From the NCBI GenBank assembly GCA_036488585.1, contig DASXHH010000024.1, positions 85 through 64,084 on the forward strand: a stretch of DNA of 64,000 nucleotides. The letters run 5' to 3'. A program made the position numbers and the translations under genes. Below, in pieces: positions 35,001 to 43,333 of this stretch (positions are counted from its first letter, which is position 1; each line of letters opens with the position of its first letter). The notes below the pieces were generated by a model, which saw nothing but the letters and a program-made list of their open reading frames with translations, was not told the DNA's origin and made no database searches. The DNA is from Candidatus Saccharimonadia bacterium. Lineage in GTDB: Bacteria > Patescibacteriota > Saccharimonadia > UBA4664.

Positions 35001-38000
35001 TTGAGCAGGCCAGCACACCTTCAAACTATGCGGCCATGGGCAATGGTGTTTCTACCGCCAGCCAGGTGTTTGGCCAAGTGGTCGACGGCTCGGCATTGTT
35101 CCGCACCTCAAGTGATAACTCGGCTGCCTTCCAGATCCAAAATTCCGCGGGTACAAATCTGTTTTCGGCCAATACGAGCACCGGTCAGCTGGTGGTTGGT
35201 AGTTCCAATAGCCTTAACGGTACGCTGGTGTTTGCCGATAGCGGCGATTCGCAGACCATTACAGTGGGCACCGATAGCAGTGGATCGCTCAATGTGGCGG
35301 TGCCAGGCGGCGGCGGTACCAACCTGCCTCAACTCGATTATGCCGCGCACTTTGCGCAGACAGCTGCAAACACGCCAGCTCTTCCATGGAGCAACACCTA
35401 CAACGTCAATGGTGCCAATAATCCTAACGGTAATACCGATACATATTTGCTCGTGGGGATTATTGACCATAATAGTTGCACAAATACAATCTCTTCCGTG
35501 CAATTCAACTCTACCTCCATGACGCTGATAGGATCCAATACCAAGGGTACCGGGAGCGCTACCTGTTACTACTTGTACGGTTTGGCTGGTGCTACTGGGT
35601 CCCATTCATTGACTATTTCTGGTGCTGGGACCGCTGAAATATATTCAGTCAATGTCACGAGTTGGTATAACGTCAACCAAACGACCCCGTACGGTAGCTT
35701 CCAAACTGCTGCCGGTGGTTTTTCACAGGCGCCAGCGATTAACTATAATTGGCCCGCTGGGCGCGTAGTGGTGGATAACATGAGTGCGTATTTGTATATA
35801 ACTAACGTTTCGACGTCGAGTCTTTGCCAGATGGGACCGGTGGCGCCGCAAAAAGTTGCAGCTGTCGGTGGCGCTACCTCCGAGGTATGTGTTAACGGTA
35901 CTGGTGGAGATATTTTTAGCACTGACGGGGCAAGCTACGCTGATAGCAACGGTAGGAATATGCAAATGGCCTGGACATCGGCCGGTGCTATTGCGACGGG
36001 GTTTTCAGACCCCAGTAATAGTAATGACACTGTGGGTCAGTGGGTTACAGGTGCGGTTGACCTGATAGGTGATACTGGCGGTACGGCAACATTTGGCAAT
36101 AGCAATACCGGTGGTACGTCAGATGGTGGCAACGATGTGAAACAATGGGAGTGTAGCAGCTATGTCTCAACCGCTACTGGTACCGTTTCGTCAATAACCT
36201 CGCAATTTGCCAGCATAGATACGGCTGCCACGGGGGCTGATGGCGTTAACCCGGCGAAAGATGCCGAAGCAGCCGTCTATAGCAACTTTGCTGGGAATAA
36301 CAATATCGGCGGTGAGCCAGGACGTCCGTTGGCGCAAAGCTCTATTGTGCAGTTGGTGGCAGGGGCGAATACATTCAATATGACCAGCAGTACGCAGGTA
36401 TACGCCGGTACACAGTACTGGTTGTGCATAACTAGTAACACAAACTCGGCTACAAGCAACACACTCTTGGAGGATGCGAACCAAAATGTGCCCTATGAAT
36501 ACTTTAAAGCTAGCCCAAGTTCATGGAGTTTTGGTAGCTGGCCGAGCAATATGTCGTCAACTACAAATATAGGTACTTTTGTAGGAGAAGGTTTAGAAAT
36601 TTATGCAACCGTAACTAGGAATACTCCTTCCGGAACGGTAATGAATCTATCTAACTCCGGCCAACTTACGCTCCAAAATGCTAGCGATAGCACAAGCGCC
36701 TTCCAGGTTCAAAACGCCAGCGGTAACGCCCTGATTAACGTCGATACCCAGGACAACCAGGTAAACATTAACGGTGCGCTGTCTGGCTCGGTCGTGCGTT
36801 ATGCTGATTACGGCACTGGAAGTGGTACATTTAATATTCCGATAGTTTCAGCCGGGGTGGGATACAATCTTTCGAGCAATTTCTACACCTCTTCGGGAGG
36901 TGGAACCTACATGAGCCAGTTCAATATTACGGGGTTGCCACAGGTCGAGGGGACGATTGTCTACATAATGACCACTGCTAATAAGCAGACGACCGCTACA
37001 AGCGGCAATGATGAGGTTCAGGTTGAGATAAACGGTACGCTAATAAGCAGTTTGACAGCGTTGGCTGCGTCCGGCACCGGTACTGGTACGACCCATGAGG
37101 ACTACACTCTGATGTATAGCGGGGGGGTTTGGCACATCGTGGGTTATGGACCGGATGCGACCAACGGTACCACCGGTGGCACAAATACAAACGGAACTTT
37201 TGACGGTGCTGACTATGCTGAATACATTGACTACAGCGGTGACATTGCGCCGCAGCCAGGCGACGTACTGACTGTGGGCGGCAACTTTACAACGGTGAAG
37301 GACTCAACGGGAGCATACGACTCACATCTCATGGGCGTAGTGTCTACTGCCCCGTACACGGTGGGTGGTAAGGACGATGGACATGCGGTGGTCTTGGCGC
37401 TAACTGGACGTGTGCCTGTTAAGGTATCGGCAGAAAACGGAGCGATTTCGCCCGGGGACCCACTCACCTCTTCGTCTCTTCCGGGGGTGGCTATGAAGGC
37501 GACCAAGCCGGGTAATATTATTGGAACGGCGCTTGAGGCCTACGACGGCACGGAAACGAGTAACGAAATTAATGTTCAGCTGCATGTGGGCTACGATGAC
37601 CCAACAGCCGGTCAATTGGGTGACCAGATCCAAGGCGATATGCAGCTATCAGGTAACCTTAATATAGGCGGCAGCGCTACGATCGGGGGCGATTTAACAG
37701 TAGCTGGGACTACGACCACTAAAACGCTTGTGGTGACGGGCGACGCGAATGTGAAAGGGGGTTTGACGGTCGGCGGTACAACTAACCTCGCCGATATCAG
37801 TGTAAACGGTCATATTGTTACCGGCGGCAGCACGCCGACGATTAGTGCGCTCACGGCGGCTGGTTTGCAGGGCGCTTCAGCGCAGGTGGATGGCAATGAT
37901 ACGTCAGGTACAGTCACCATTACTACTGGGAGCGCCGGGGCGAGCGGTATGACGCCGGGCGATTTGGCGCAACTTACGTTTAATAAGGCATTTGGCGCCG

Positions 38001-38152
38001 CGCCGCGGGCGGTAGTATCGGCCAACAATGCGGCTAGTGCGCAGCTGGGTGTGTTCACTACCAGTATTACCCCACAATCGTTCAACTTGTCGGTGGCCGG
38101 TAAGCCCGAGCCGAATACTACTTACGTCTTTACTTATATCGTGCTGCAGTAG
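32021..38152 (+). CDS. Giant (2043 aa) secreted Gly/Thr/Ser/Asn/Ala-rich repeat protein, predicted beta-helix/fibre-like adhesin or surface protein; true start probably upstream at a non-canonical codon
   Basis: Single 6.1-kb ORF. Recurrent ~30-aa motif [ST]xAFQ[IV][QK]N[AS]xG(N/T)x(L/F)... at least six times. In-frame upstream codons encode SSRKLLTALALAATGLVWVGVLVGTAQPAQA|AAG (signal peptide) but contain no ATG/GTG/TTG. Confidence 0.8.
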   Translation: MLVGTAQPAQAAAGINQQINFQGRLLTASGAVVADGTYNMEFQIWQDGNGCVTGCTSANANTSNGGTLKWTEDWIYGTGSPDNRVTVKNGYYSVSLGSITSLSSVDFNQNTLWLSMNVGDTSNQASFATSGGYLIPFKRLASAVYALQAANSSALGNVAAANYVQFGTGTLQADNSTNSSIYFNKTNTGNLLQLQTGGTNAFVLDNLGNLQFGNNSDKTISVATASSANGNSLTVVAGSGNGTSKNGGNLVLEAGAATSGGTGGSIIVKPLTDSTAAFQIKNAAGNTFVSADSTISKLTVTSAGAPAVTGSELITTTAFNNAAWTSAGWTTTSTTAAHNTGNTSPLSTGQFSAVSGTTYQVTFTVTGSPTAGQTITPCIGTTCGQAVAGNTTGQVELITAGSTLTPALQFEPTTSTWNGTISAVSVKAITAASAGLSVTDATSSFPIELRSSGAFGNTFIGTSSGSFDTTGSRNTAEGWGALGSVTTGTENTASGYNTLQDNTTGGQNAAFGRWGLQLNTTGSGNTALGYAAGLNNVTGSNNTFLGAGASEDSSAVGALQNATAIGVNSLVAQSDSLVLGCINGQNSCTATTKVGIGTSAPTATLDVRGDTQITSASTTSFQVQGSSSSAVFTVDTSSNSGQGQIILGKPSTNKGVIVFDDSVSANTASLSVAGNSNGGGAFTLPNLSGAQTICTSNATSCSGTYLTAGNYLQQAPSSSATNTISPTGASTTGLIVQQTSTSGGAPDIFDVYGTSSATKFIQVTGTASNAGAINITSQGAGNAVTIQGAGNVNLVTNSASTGTIVKNSTNSTSGFQVQRSTGDTLLGVDTVNSNVNIQGANLVTPYGGLGIYQNLLKYTEQFDQAGTWAVSGTLTVAANSTSAPNNQTTADTLPATSSGASVAQTSTTAVANTNFTFSVWMRTSSGTQNANLRIDGSGGGTGTSSAATVTANWQRFSVTQNLNPGSGFSGNAKVLIFPGTTAGTGTVIAWGAQLEQASTPSNYAAMGNGVSTASQVFGQVVDGSALFRTSSDNSAAFQIQNSAGTNLFSANTSTGQLVVGSSNSLNGTLVFADSGDSQTITVGTDSSGSLNVAVPGGGGTNLPQLDYAAHFAQTAANTPALPWSNTYNVNGANNPNGNTDTYLLVGIIDHNSCTNTISSVQFNSTSMTLIGSNTKGTGSATCYYLYGLAGATGSHSLTISGAGTAEIYSVNVTSWYNVNQTTPYGSFQTAAGGFSQAPAINYNWPAGRVVVDNMSAYLYITNVSTSSLCQMGPVAPQKVAAVGGATSEVCVNGTGGDIFSTDGASYADSNGRNMQMAWTSAGAIATGFSDPSNSNDTVGQWVTGAVDLIGDTGGTATFGNSNTGGTSDGGNDVKQWECSSYVSTATGTVSSITSQFASIDTAATGADGVNPAKDAEAAVYSNFAGNNNIGGEPGRPLAQSSIVQLVAGANTFNMTSSTQVYAGTQYWLCITSNTNSATSNTLLEDANQNVPYEYFKASPSSWSFGSWPSNMSSTTNIGTFVGEGLEIYATVTRNTPSGTVMNLSNSGQLTLQNASDSTSAFQVQNASGNALINVDTQDNQVNINGALSGSVVRYADYGTGSGTFNIPIVSAGVGYNLSSNFYTSSGGGTYMSQFNITGLPQVEGTIVYIMTTANKQTTATSGNDEVQVEINGTLISSLTALAASGTGTGTTHEDYTLMYSGGVWHIVGYGPDATNGTTGGTNTNGTFDGADYAEYIDYSGDIAPQPGDVLTVGGNFTTVKDSTGAYDSHLMGVVSTAPYTVGGKDDGHAVVLALTGRVPVKVSAENGAISPGDPLTSSSLPGVAMKATKPGNIIGTALEAYDGTETSNEINVQLHVGYDDPTAGQLGDQIQGDMQLSGNLNIGGSATIGGDLTVAGTTTTKTLVVTGDANVKGGLTVGGTTNLADISVNGHIVTGGSTPTISALTAAGLQGASAQVDGNDTSGTVTITTGSAGASGMTPGDLAQLTFNKAFGAAPRAVVSANNAASAQLGVFTTSITPQSFNLSVAGKPEPNTTYVFTYIVLQ

Positions 38153-38186
38153 ATGCTCTGTACGTCATAAATGTATGTCGCAAAAT

Positions 38187-38213
38187 AAAAAGAGCCGTTA
38201 CCGACTCTTTTTG
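38187..38213 (+). terminator. Rho-independent terminator of the giant gene (stem AAGAGCCG/CGACTCTT with one mismatch, loop TTAC, then TTTTT)
   Basis: 35 nt downstream of the stop at 38152. Confidence 0.55.
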
Positions 38214-38224
38214 AATAAGGACTA

Positions 38225-38310
38225 TGGTGCCGGGTGAGAGATTCGAACTCCCGAAGACTAATGTCAGCTGATTTACAGTCAGCCCTCGTTGGCCACTTGA
38301 GTAACCCGGC
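38225..38310 (-). tRNA. tRNA-Tyr (anticodon GTA), type II with long variable arm, CCA encoded
   Basis: Manual fold: acceptor GCCGGGT/ACCCGGC, anticodon loop CTGTAAA, long variable arm, T-loop TTCGAAT. Confidence 0.9.
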
Positions 38311-38320
38311 GCGATTTCTC

Positions 38321-38396
38321 TGGAGCCGACGACAGGAATCGAACCCGCAACCTACAGTTTACAAAACTGTTGCTCTGCCAGTTGAGCTACGTCGGC
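38321..38396 (-). tRNA. tRNA-Thr (anticodon TGT), CCA encoded
   Basis: Manual fold: acceptor GCCGACG/CGTCGGC, anticodon stem ACAGT/ACTGT with loop TTTGTAA, T-loop TTCGATT. Confidence 0.9.
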
Positions 38397-38447
38397 CTAT
38401 CGTCTGGTTCTAGCGTTTTCAACCACGTAATAGTAACAGATTTCGGG

Positions 38448-39089
38448 CTATGAGGCAACGGTATGAGGCGCAGCGGATGGCGCACTTTGGCGCCGGCGAG
38501 TGGCGATGGCTTTGTCTTTAAGGCCGGCTTCTTCGTAGGCCTCGGCCAGGGTTTCGAGGATGCGGGCGGTGGGATCGAGGGCGGCGGCTTTTTCGAGGGC
38601 ATCGACGCTTGCGGGGAGGTTGGACAGCTTGCGGTGAGCACGGCTTAGACCCACGTAGCGCTGGGCAGTAGGCTCAAACATGATGGCCTTTTCGAACGCG
38701 GCGATGGATTTGATGTAATTGTGGTTGTCGAAGAAGGCCAGGCCGAGGTTTTGGAGGGTGGTGCCAGACGGGTGCAGCCGGGCGGCAATCTCGAAGCACT
38801 CGATGGCGTCGGGCATGTTCTTTTGGGTGGAGTAGATGATGCCGAGATGGCTGTAGGCGGTGACGTTTTTGTGGTCGACTTTTAGGACGGCTAGATAGGC
38901 CTTCTCGGCCGCCAGCCACTTCTTCTCGGCGAACAAGCGGTCGGCGTAGGTGGTCATTTGGGCGAGCCGAGCCGAGTTGCGGTGCGGAGCCAGGGTAACG
39001 GCAGCCATGGCGGCGCCCGAGGCTTCAAGTGAGCGAAGCTGCCGGTACAAGACGAACATAGCCAGAGCTATTACCAGAATCCCAAGCAT
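38448..39089 (-). CDS. Membrane-anchored TPR-repeat protein
   Basis: N-terminal TM plus several TPR-like repeats (AYSHLGIIYSTQKNMPDAIECFEIAARL ...). Confidence 0.55.
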   Translation of the reverse strand: MLGILVIALAMFVLYRQLRSLEASGAAMAAVTLAPHRNSARLAQMTTYADRLFAEKKWLAAEKAYLAVLKVDHKNVTAYSHLGIIYSTQKNMPDAIECFEIAARLHPSGTTLQNLGLAFFDNHNYIKSIAAFEKAIMFEPTAQRYVGLSRAHRKLSNLPASVDALEKAAALDPTARILETLAEAYEEAGLKDKAIATRRRQSAPSAAPHTVAS

Positions 39090-39090
39090 T

Positions 39091-39978
39091 TTATAGTTCC
39101 AACATTAGTTTTTCTAAGGCCACGCGGGGCGCCACCTTGGCCTGGAGCTGCAGCCGGAACTGCTCCAAAGCTTGGAGCTGGTCGGCAATGGCTGGCAACG
39201 ACTGGCCCTGGTGGAGCTGGGCCACCAACGAGGCGTGGACGAGACGGCCGAAGCGAGATATGTCGGCTTTGTCATCGATGAGGCGTTTGGCTAGGATGAG
39301 GCGCTTAAAGAGACTAAGGCTGGGTGTATCCGTGGCCCAAGCGGCGAGCTGAAGCTCAGAGCTAGCAACATCGGGCTGCGTGGCCAGGTTGATGGCCGCG
39401 CCGGGAGCGCCACCCGAAGCTGCGGCCAAGTCTTTGGCCTGGGGACCGGGTACACCATGGTGCTGAACGAGCCAGGACTCGATGTCGGCGGCAGGCACCG
39501 GGGCAAAGTAGACAGCGGCGCAACGAGACCGGATCGTAACCAGCAGCGACTCAGGGTTTTCGGTGACGAGGATAAACATGGTACGGGCGGGCGGCTCCTC
39601 GATGAGCTTGAGCAGGGCATTTTGTGCTTCTCGCGTGAGGGCAGTGGCATCATCGGCAATAATTACGCGCATGCCGGATTCTACATAGGTACTCATTGAG
39701 AGCGAATGAATTACGCCGCGAACTTGTTCGATAGTGATACTCGGTTTATCCTCAGGGGCGAGCATTATGAGATCCGGGTAGGCACCGGCCTGAAACCGAC
39801 GACAGGCAGCACAGAGCCCAGTGTCGTCGCCTTGACAGTTGAGCCGGCGGGCAAGCTCCAGGGCCGCGGTGGCTTTGCCGATGTTGCGTGGGCCGTGAAA
39901 GATGAAGCTGCGCGAGGCCGGCTCGATGGCGTCGAGTCGGGCGCGGGTCTGAGGATGCAAAAGGGGTGGCATAGGCAT
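39091..39978 (-). CDS. holB: DNA polymerase III subunit delta' (clamp-loader AAA+ fold)
   Basis: FHGPRNIGKATAALELARRLNC plus a CxxC zinc module and the SRC motif (TIRSRCAAVYF). Confidence 0.8.
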   Translation of the reverse strand: MPMPPLLHPQTRARLDAIEPASRSFIFHGPRNIGKATAALELARRLNCQGDDTGLCAACRRFQAGAYPDLIMLAPEDKPSITIEQVRGVIHSLSMSTYVESGMRVIIADDATALTREAQNALLKLIEEPPARTMFILVTENPESLLVTIRSRCAAVYFAPVPAADIESWLVQHHGVPGPQAKDLAAASGGAPGAAINLATQPDVASSELQLAAWATDTPSLSLFKRLILAKRLIDDKADISRFGRLVHASLVAQLHQGQSLPAIADQLQALEQFRLQLQAKVAPRVALEKLMLEL

Positions 39979-39979
39979 A

Positions 39980-40873
39980 TTATACCTGTTTCTCGAGTTC
40001 GCGTCTGATATTCACCAGATCGGGAGGCAATGGGCTTTCGAGCTGGAGGTGCTGGCCGGAGGGGGCGGTAAACTCTAGGGCTGAGGCATGCAAAAACTGT
40101 CGGTTTAACCCGAGGGGCCGCCGGGGCGGGCCATAGAGTGTATCGCCAGCTACCGGATGTCCAATGCTAGCCAGATGCACACGGATCTGATGGGTGCGGC
40201 CGGTTTCGGGGTTAGCCTCAAGCAGTGCGTAGCCCGGATAGGTCTGAAGGGTGCGATAACGCGTGACGGCTTCGCGGCCGCCGGGGATTACCGATCGGCG
40301 CAAGGGCCGGGCGGGGTCGCGATCGAGAGGCAGGCGGATGACGGCCTCGGCTGGGGACGGGCGGCCTACCACCAACGTGGTATAGGTTTTATGAACGGCC
40401 CGGCTGGCAAACTGTTGCTGAAGGTAGGCCTTGGATTCCGAGGTTTTAGCCAAGATGACAAGGCCGGAGGTATCAAGGTCGAGGCGGTGCACGATGCCGG
40501 GCCGCTCAGGATCGGGATCGGTGGTGTGGTGACGCGCGAAATCCGCCACTGTTGGCTCCCCTTCTAGACCTGATCCTGGATGCATGGCAAGTCCGGCAGG
40601 TTTGTTAACGACGAGCAGATCGTCGTCTTCATAAATTATATTGAGTTGCGGGGCTGGGGCTGGAGTGACGGTGGGTGTTTCCTCATTCACTTCCAGCCGG
40701 TCGCCGGGCTGTACTTGGTAGCTGGGGCGCTCTGGCTCGCCATTTACGGTTACCGCCGCGGCCTGCAGGAGTTTTTGAACCCGATTGCGCGGTAGACTGA
40801 GCGCGGCCGCCAAGTACACATCGAGCCGCTCACTGGCGGCTCCCTCCGGCACAGTTAGGTGGCGCCTTGTCAC
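39980..40873 (-). CDS. RluA-family 23S rRNA pseudouridine synthase (RluD-like, S4 domain plus catalytic domain)
   Basis: Catalytic HRLDLDTSGLVILAKT motif. N-terminal S4-like region. Confidence 0.85.
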   Translation of the reverse strand: MTRRHLTVPEGAASERLDVYLAAALSLPRNRVQKLLQAAAVTVNGEPERPSYQVQPGDRLEVNEETPTVTPAPAPQLNIIYEDDDLLVVNKPAGLAMHPGSGLEGEPTVADFARHHTTDPDPERPGIVHRLDLDTSGLVILAKTSESKAYLQQQFASRAVHKTYTTLVVGRPSPAEAVIRLPLDRDPARPLRRSVIPGGREAVTRYRTLQTYPGYALLEANPETGRTHQIRVHLASIGHPVAGDTLYGPPRRPLGLNRQFLHASALEFTAPSGQHLQLESPLPPDLVNIRRELEKQV

Positions 40874-41862
40874 CTAATGAGCTCCGAGGCCCCGGTAAGG
40901 TCACGTTTGGAGCCCAATATAATGAGTCGGTCGCCGGGATAAATAATTTCTTTGCCGGTGGGACGGACGCGGCTAGTGCCATCGGCGCCGTTAATGGCAA
41001 TCACGGTGGCACCGATTTCACCCTCGGCCAGCGCTTTGCCGAGACGCCGGCCGGCCAGGCGCGAGTGCTCCCCCACCACCATCTCCTCTACCTCCAGCTC
41101 CGTAACGCCGTTTTTTGACATAATGTCCATGTAGTCGACCACGTTGGGACGCAAAGCCATAGAGGCCATATGGTAGCCGCCAATCTGGTACGGCATGGCG
41201 ACACGGTTGGCACCGGCGCGTTTGAGCTTGAGCTCGTTTTCGGGGCGATTGGCTCGGGCCACAATATACAGATTGGGGTTGAGTGAGCGGGCGGCCAGAA
41301 CCACAAACAGGTTGAGCGAATCTTCGCCGAGGCACGCCACCAGTCCGGCAGCGCGATCGATGCCTACTTCGGTGAGCGATTCCTCGACCGTGGAGTCGTA
41401 AGGCAATGCCAGATAGCCCTTCGCCAGGGCATCATCAACTTTGGCCGTGTCCTTGTCGAGGCCAACGAAAGGCACGCCCTCGTGGAACATTTCACCGGCC
41501 ACCTGGGCGCCGACACGGCCGAGGCCACACACAATGTAGTGGTCTTTGAGTTTTTCAACTTTTGTCTTCACGCGTAATTTTCGTACATTATTGGTTAAGC
41601 CCATCATATATTCGGCTAACCACTTAAGCAAATAAGCGATTAGTCCCAGGCTGGAGATGGTCAGTAAGATAACCAGAGTGCGAGCAACGGGATCGGTAAA
41701 TGTTACGTTGCTATAACGGTCGAGCAGAATGATGAGAGTTTCATAGAGGGCATCACCGAGAGCCATGTGTCCGTACACAGTAAAGCCGGCCGTACCAACC
41801 AGCACTACAGCGATGGCGGCCAAGGCAAAGCGCCTGACTGTTCTAGCGTTATGCTCCTCCAC
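40870..41862 (-). CDS. RCK/TrkA-domain membrane protein (K+ channel/transporter-like; no canonical TVGYG filter seen)
   Basis: N-terminal TM helices, then the Rossmann motif YIVCGLGRVGAQVA (TrkA-N) and a TrkA-C domain. Confidence 0.65.
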   Translation of the reverse strand: MEEHNARTVRRFALAAIAVVLVGTAGFTVYGHMALGDALYETLIILLDRYSNVTFTDPVARTLVILLTISSLGLIAYLLKWLAEYMMGLTNNVRKLRVKTKVEKLKDHYIVCGLGRVGAQVAGEMFHEGVPFVGLDKDTAKVDDALAKGYLALPYDSTVEESLTEVGIDRAAGLVACLGEDSLNLFVVLAARSLNPNLYIVARANRPENELKLKRAGANRVAMPYQIGGYHMASMALRPNVVDYMDIMSKNGVTELEVEEMVVGEHSRLAGRRLGKALAEGEIGATVIAINGADGTSRVRPTGKEIIYPGDRLIILGSKRDLTGASELIR

Positions 41863-41954
41863 TAGAAAGTATTATAACGCTAAAGCTCCAGCGTTGTCTG
41901 CTGGAGCGGGTACTATGACAACTGAGCACGACGTACGTCAAAATTTTATATCTG

Positions 41955-41988
41955 TGAAACAAAGAAACACCCTGATGTGGGGTGTTTC
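41955..41988 (-). terminator. Terminator after rpsI: 9-bp perfect stem GAAACACCC/GGGTGTTTC with T-run on minus
   Basis: Seen directly, just downstream of the rpsI stop at 42009. Confidence 0.5.
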
Positions 41989-42008
41989 TGAGTGATCGAG
42001 AAAGATCG

Positions 42009-42407
42009 TTAGCGCTTGGAGAACTGCGGAGCCTTGCGGGCGCGCTTGAGGCCAGGCTTCTTGCGCTCTTTCTCACGCGGGTCGCGGGTAAGCAGACCAG
42101 CTTTCTTGAGAGTGGGGCGCAGATCGTCGGCCATCACAATGAGTGCGCGAGCGATCGCGAGGCGGGCAGCGTCGGCCTGACCGCGCTTGCCGCCACCCTT
42201 GAGGTGTAGGCTGATGCGAAATTTCTGCTCCTGACCGGCCAGTTTGAGCGGCCGCTCCACAGTAGTGATGAGCGCGGAGTTGTTGAAGTAATCGGCTGCA
42301 GTCTGGTCGCCGACCACGATCTCACCCTTGCCAGGGTACAAACGGGCGGTGGCGATGGCCTCCTTGCGGCGGCCGCGAGCGTAGTGGTAGTGGTTAGTTT
42401 CGGCCAT
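42009..42407 (-). CDS. rpsI: 30S ribosomal protein S9
   Basis: Canonical S9 with the C-terminal PQFSKR. Confidence 0.95.
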   Translation of the reverse strand: MAETNHYHYARGRRKEAIATARLYPGKGEIVVGDQTAADYFNNSALITTVERPLKLAGQEQKFRISLHLKGGGKRGQADAARLAIARALIVMADDLRPTLKKAGLLTRDPREKERKKPGLKRARKAPQFSKR

Positions 42408-42847
42408 TATTTAGTCTCTCCTAGTGCTTTGGGATTCTGGCCCGCGTGCGGGTGCTCGGTGCCGGCGTAAACTTTGAGGCGGCGCATACGGTCCTCTTGA
42501 AGGCGATTTTTCGGCAGCATGCCAGCTACGGCGTGCTCGATGGCCTGGGCGGGGTTGCGCTGTAGCAGGGCTGCGAGGCTAGTTTCCTTGATGCCGCCGG
42601 GGTAGCCGGAGTGGCGGTAGTACTTCTTGTCCTCGAGCTTGTTGCCGGTAACCTGAACATTGGCAGCGTTGATGATCACAACGTTGTCGCCGCAGTCGAG
42701 GTGGGCGCTGTACCGCACCTTGTGCTTGCCTAAAACGTAGGTCGCGGTCAGGGTGGCGAGGCGGCCAAGGGTGTAGTGGCTGGCGTCGATGACGTACCAA
42801 TCATGGGTTAGTTCTTGGGGTTTGGGGGAATAGGTTTTGGTGATCAT
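42407..42847 (-). CDS. rplM: 50S ribosomal protein L13
   Basis: Canonical L13 N-terminus (KTYSPKPQELTHDWYVIDA). Confidence 0.95.
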   Translation of the reverse strand: MITKTYSPKPQELTHDWYVIDASHYTLGRLATLTATYVLGKHKVRYSAHLDCGDNVVIINAANVQVTGNKLEDKKYYRHSGYPGGIKETSLAALLQRNPAQAIEHAVAGMLPKNRLQEDRMRRLKVYAGTEHPHAGQNPKALGETK

Positions 42848-43332
42848 TTTGCTGCCTCTACAGTTTCACGCTCAGGAGCCTGAGCTTTGGGAGCCTCAGT
42901 TTTGGTGGCAACCTCGGCTTTGGGAGCCTTAGCCTTGGTAGCTTTGGCGGGTTTGGCCTCTAGCTTGGTGACCTCGTTGAGCACGAGCTCGACACGGGCC
43001 ATGGAGGCGTTGTCGCCGCGGCGATTCTCGAGCTTGATGATGCGCGTGTAACCGCCCTGGCGGCCTTCAAAAGCAGGCTTTAGTTCCTGCAGCATCTTCT
43101 GGACCGCATTCTCAGTGAGGAGCTCACGGCGTAGAGAACGGCCGCCGGCCAGGGTGCCCTTCTTAGCGTAAGTTACTAGACGTTCGAACTTGGGTGCCAC
43201 TTCTTTGGCTTTAGCCTCGGTTGTGGAGATGGCTTCGTGCAGCACGAGCGAGGTCAGCTGGCCGCGGATCAAAGCGCGGCGCGGACCGGCGGCGAGCTGG
43301 AGCTTGCGTCCTTGATATCCGTGGCGATGCAT
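42844..43332 (-). CDS. rplQ: 50S ribosomal protein L17 with a K/A/E-rich C-terminal extension
   Basis: MHRHGYQGRKL ... canonical L17, plus a ~45-aa AKPAKATKAKAPKAE tail. Confidence 0.9.
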   Translation of the reverse strand: MHRHGYQGRKLQLAAGPRRALIRGQLTSLVLHEAISTTEAKAKEVAPKFERLVTYAKKGTLAGGRSLRRELLTENAVQKMLQELKPAFEGRQGGYTRIIKLENRRGDNASMARVELVLNEVTKLEAKPAKATKAKAPKAEVATKTEAPKAQAPERETVEAAK

Positions 43333-43333
43333 A

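Noticed and set aside
32445-37506. Many 60-170-aa ORFs on both strands inside the giant gene (e.g. 32563..33063, 33094..33495, 33869..34381, 35108..35605)
   Set aside because: All are nested in or antisense to the single uninterrupted 6.1-kb ORF. Their compositions are Pro/Arg/Ala-rich frame shadows.
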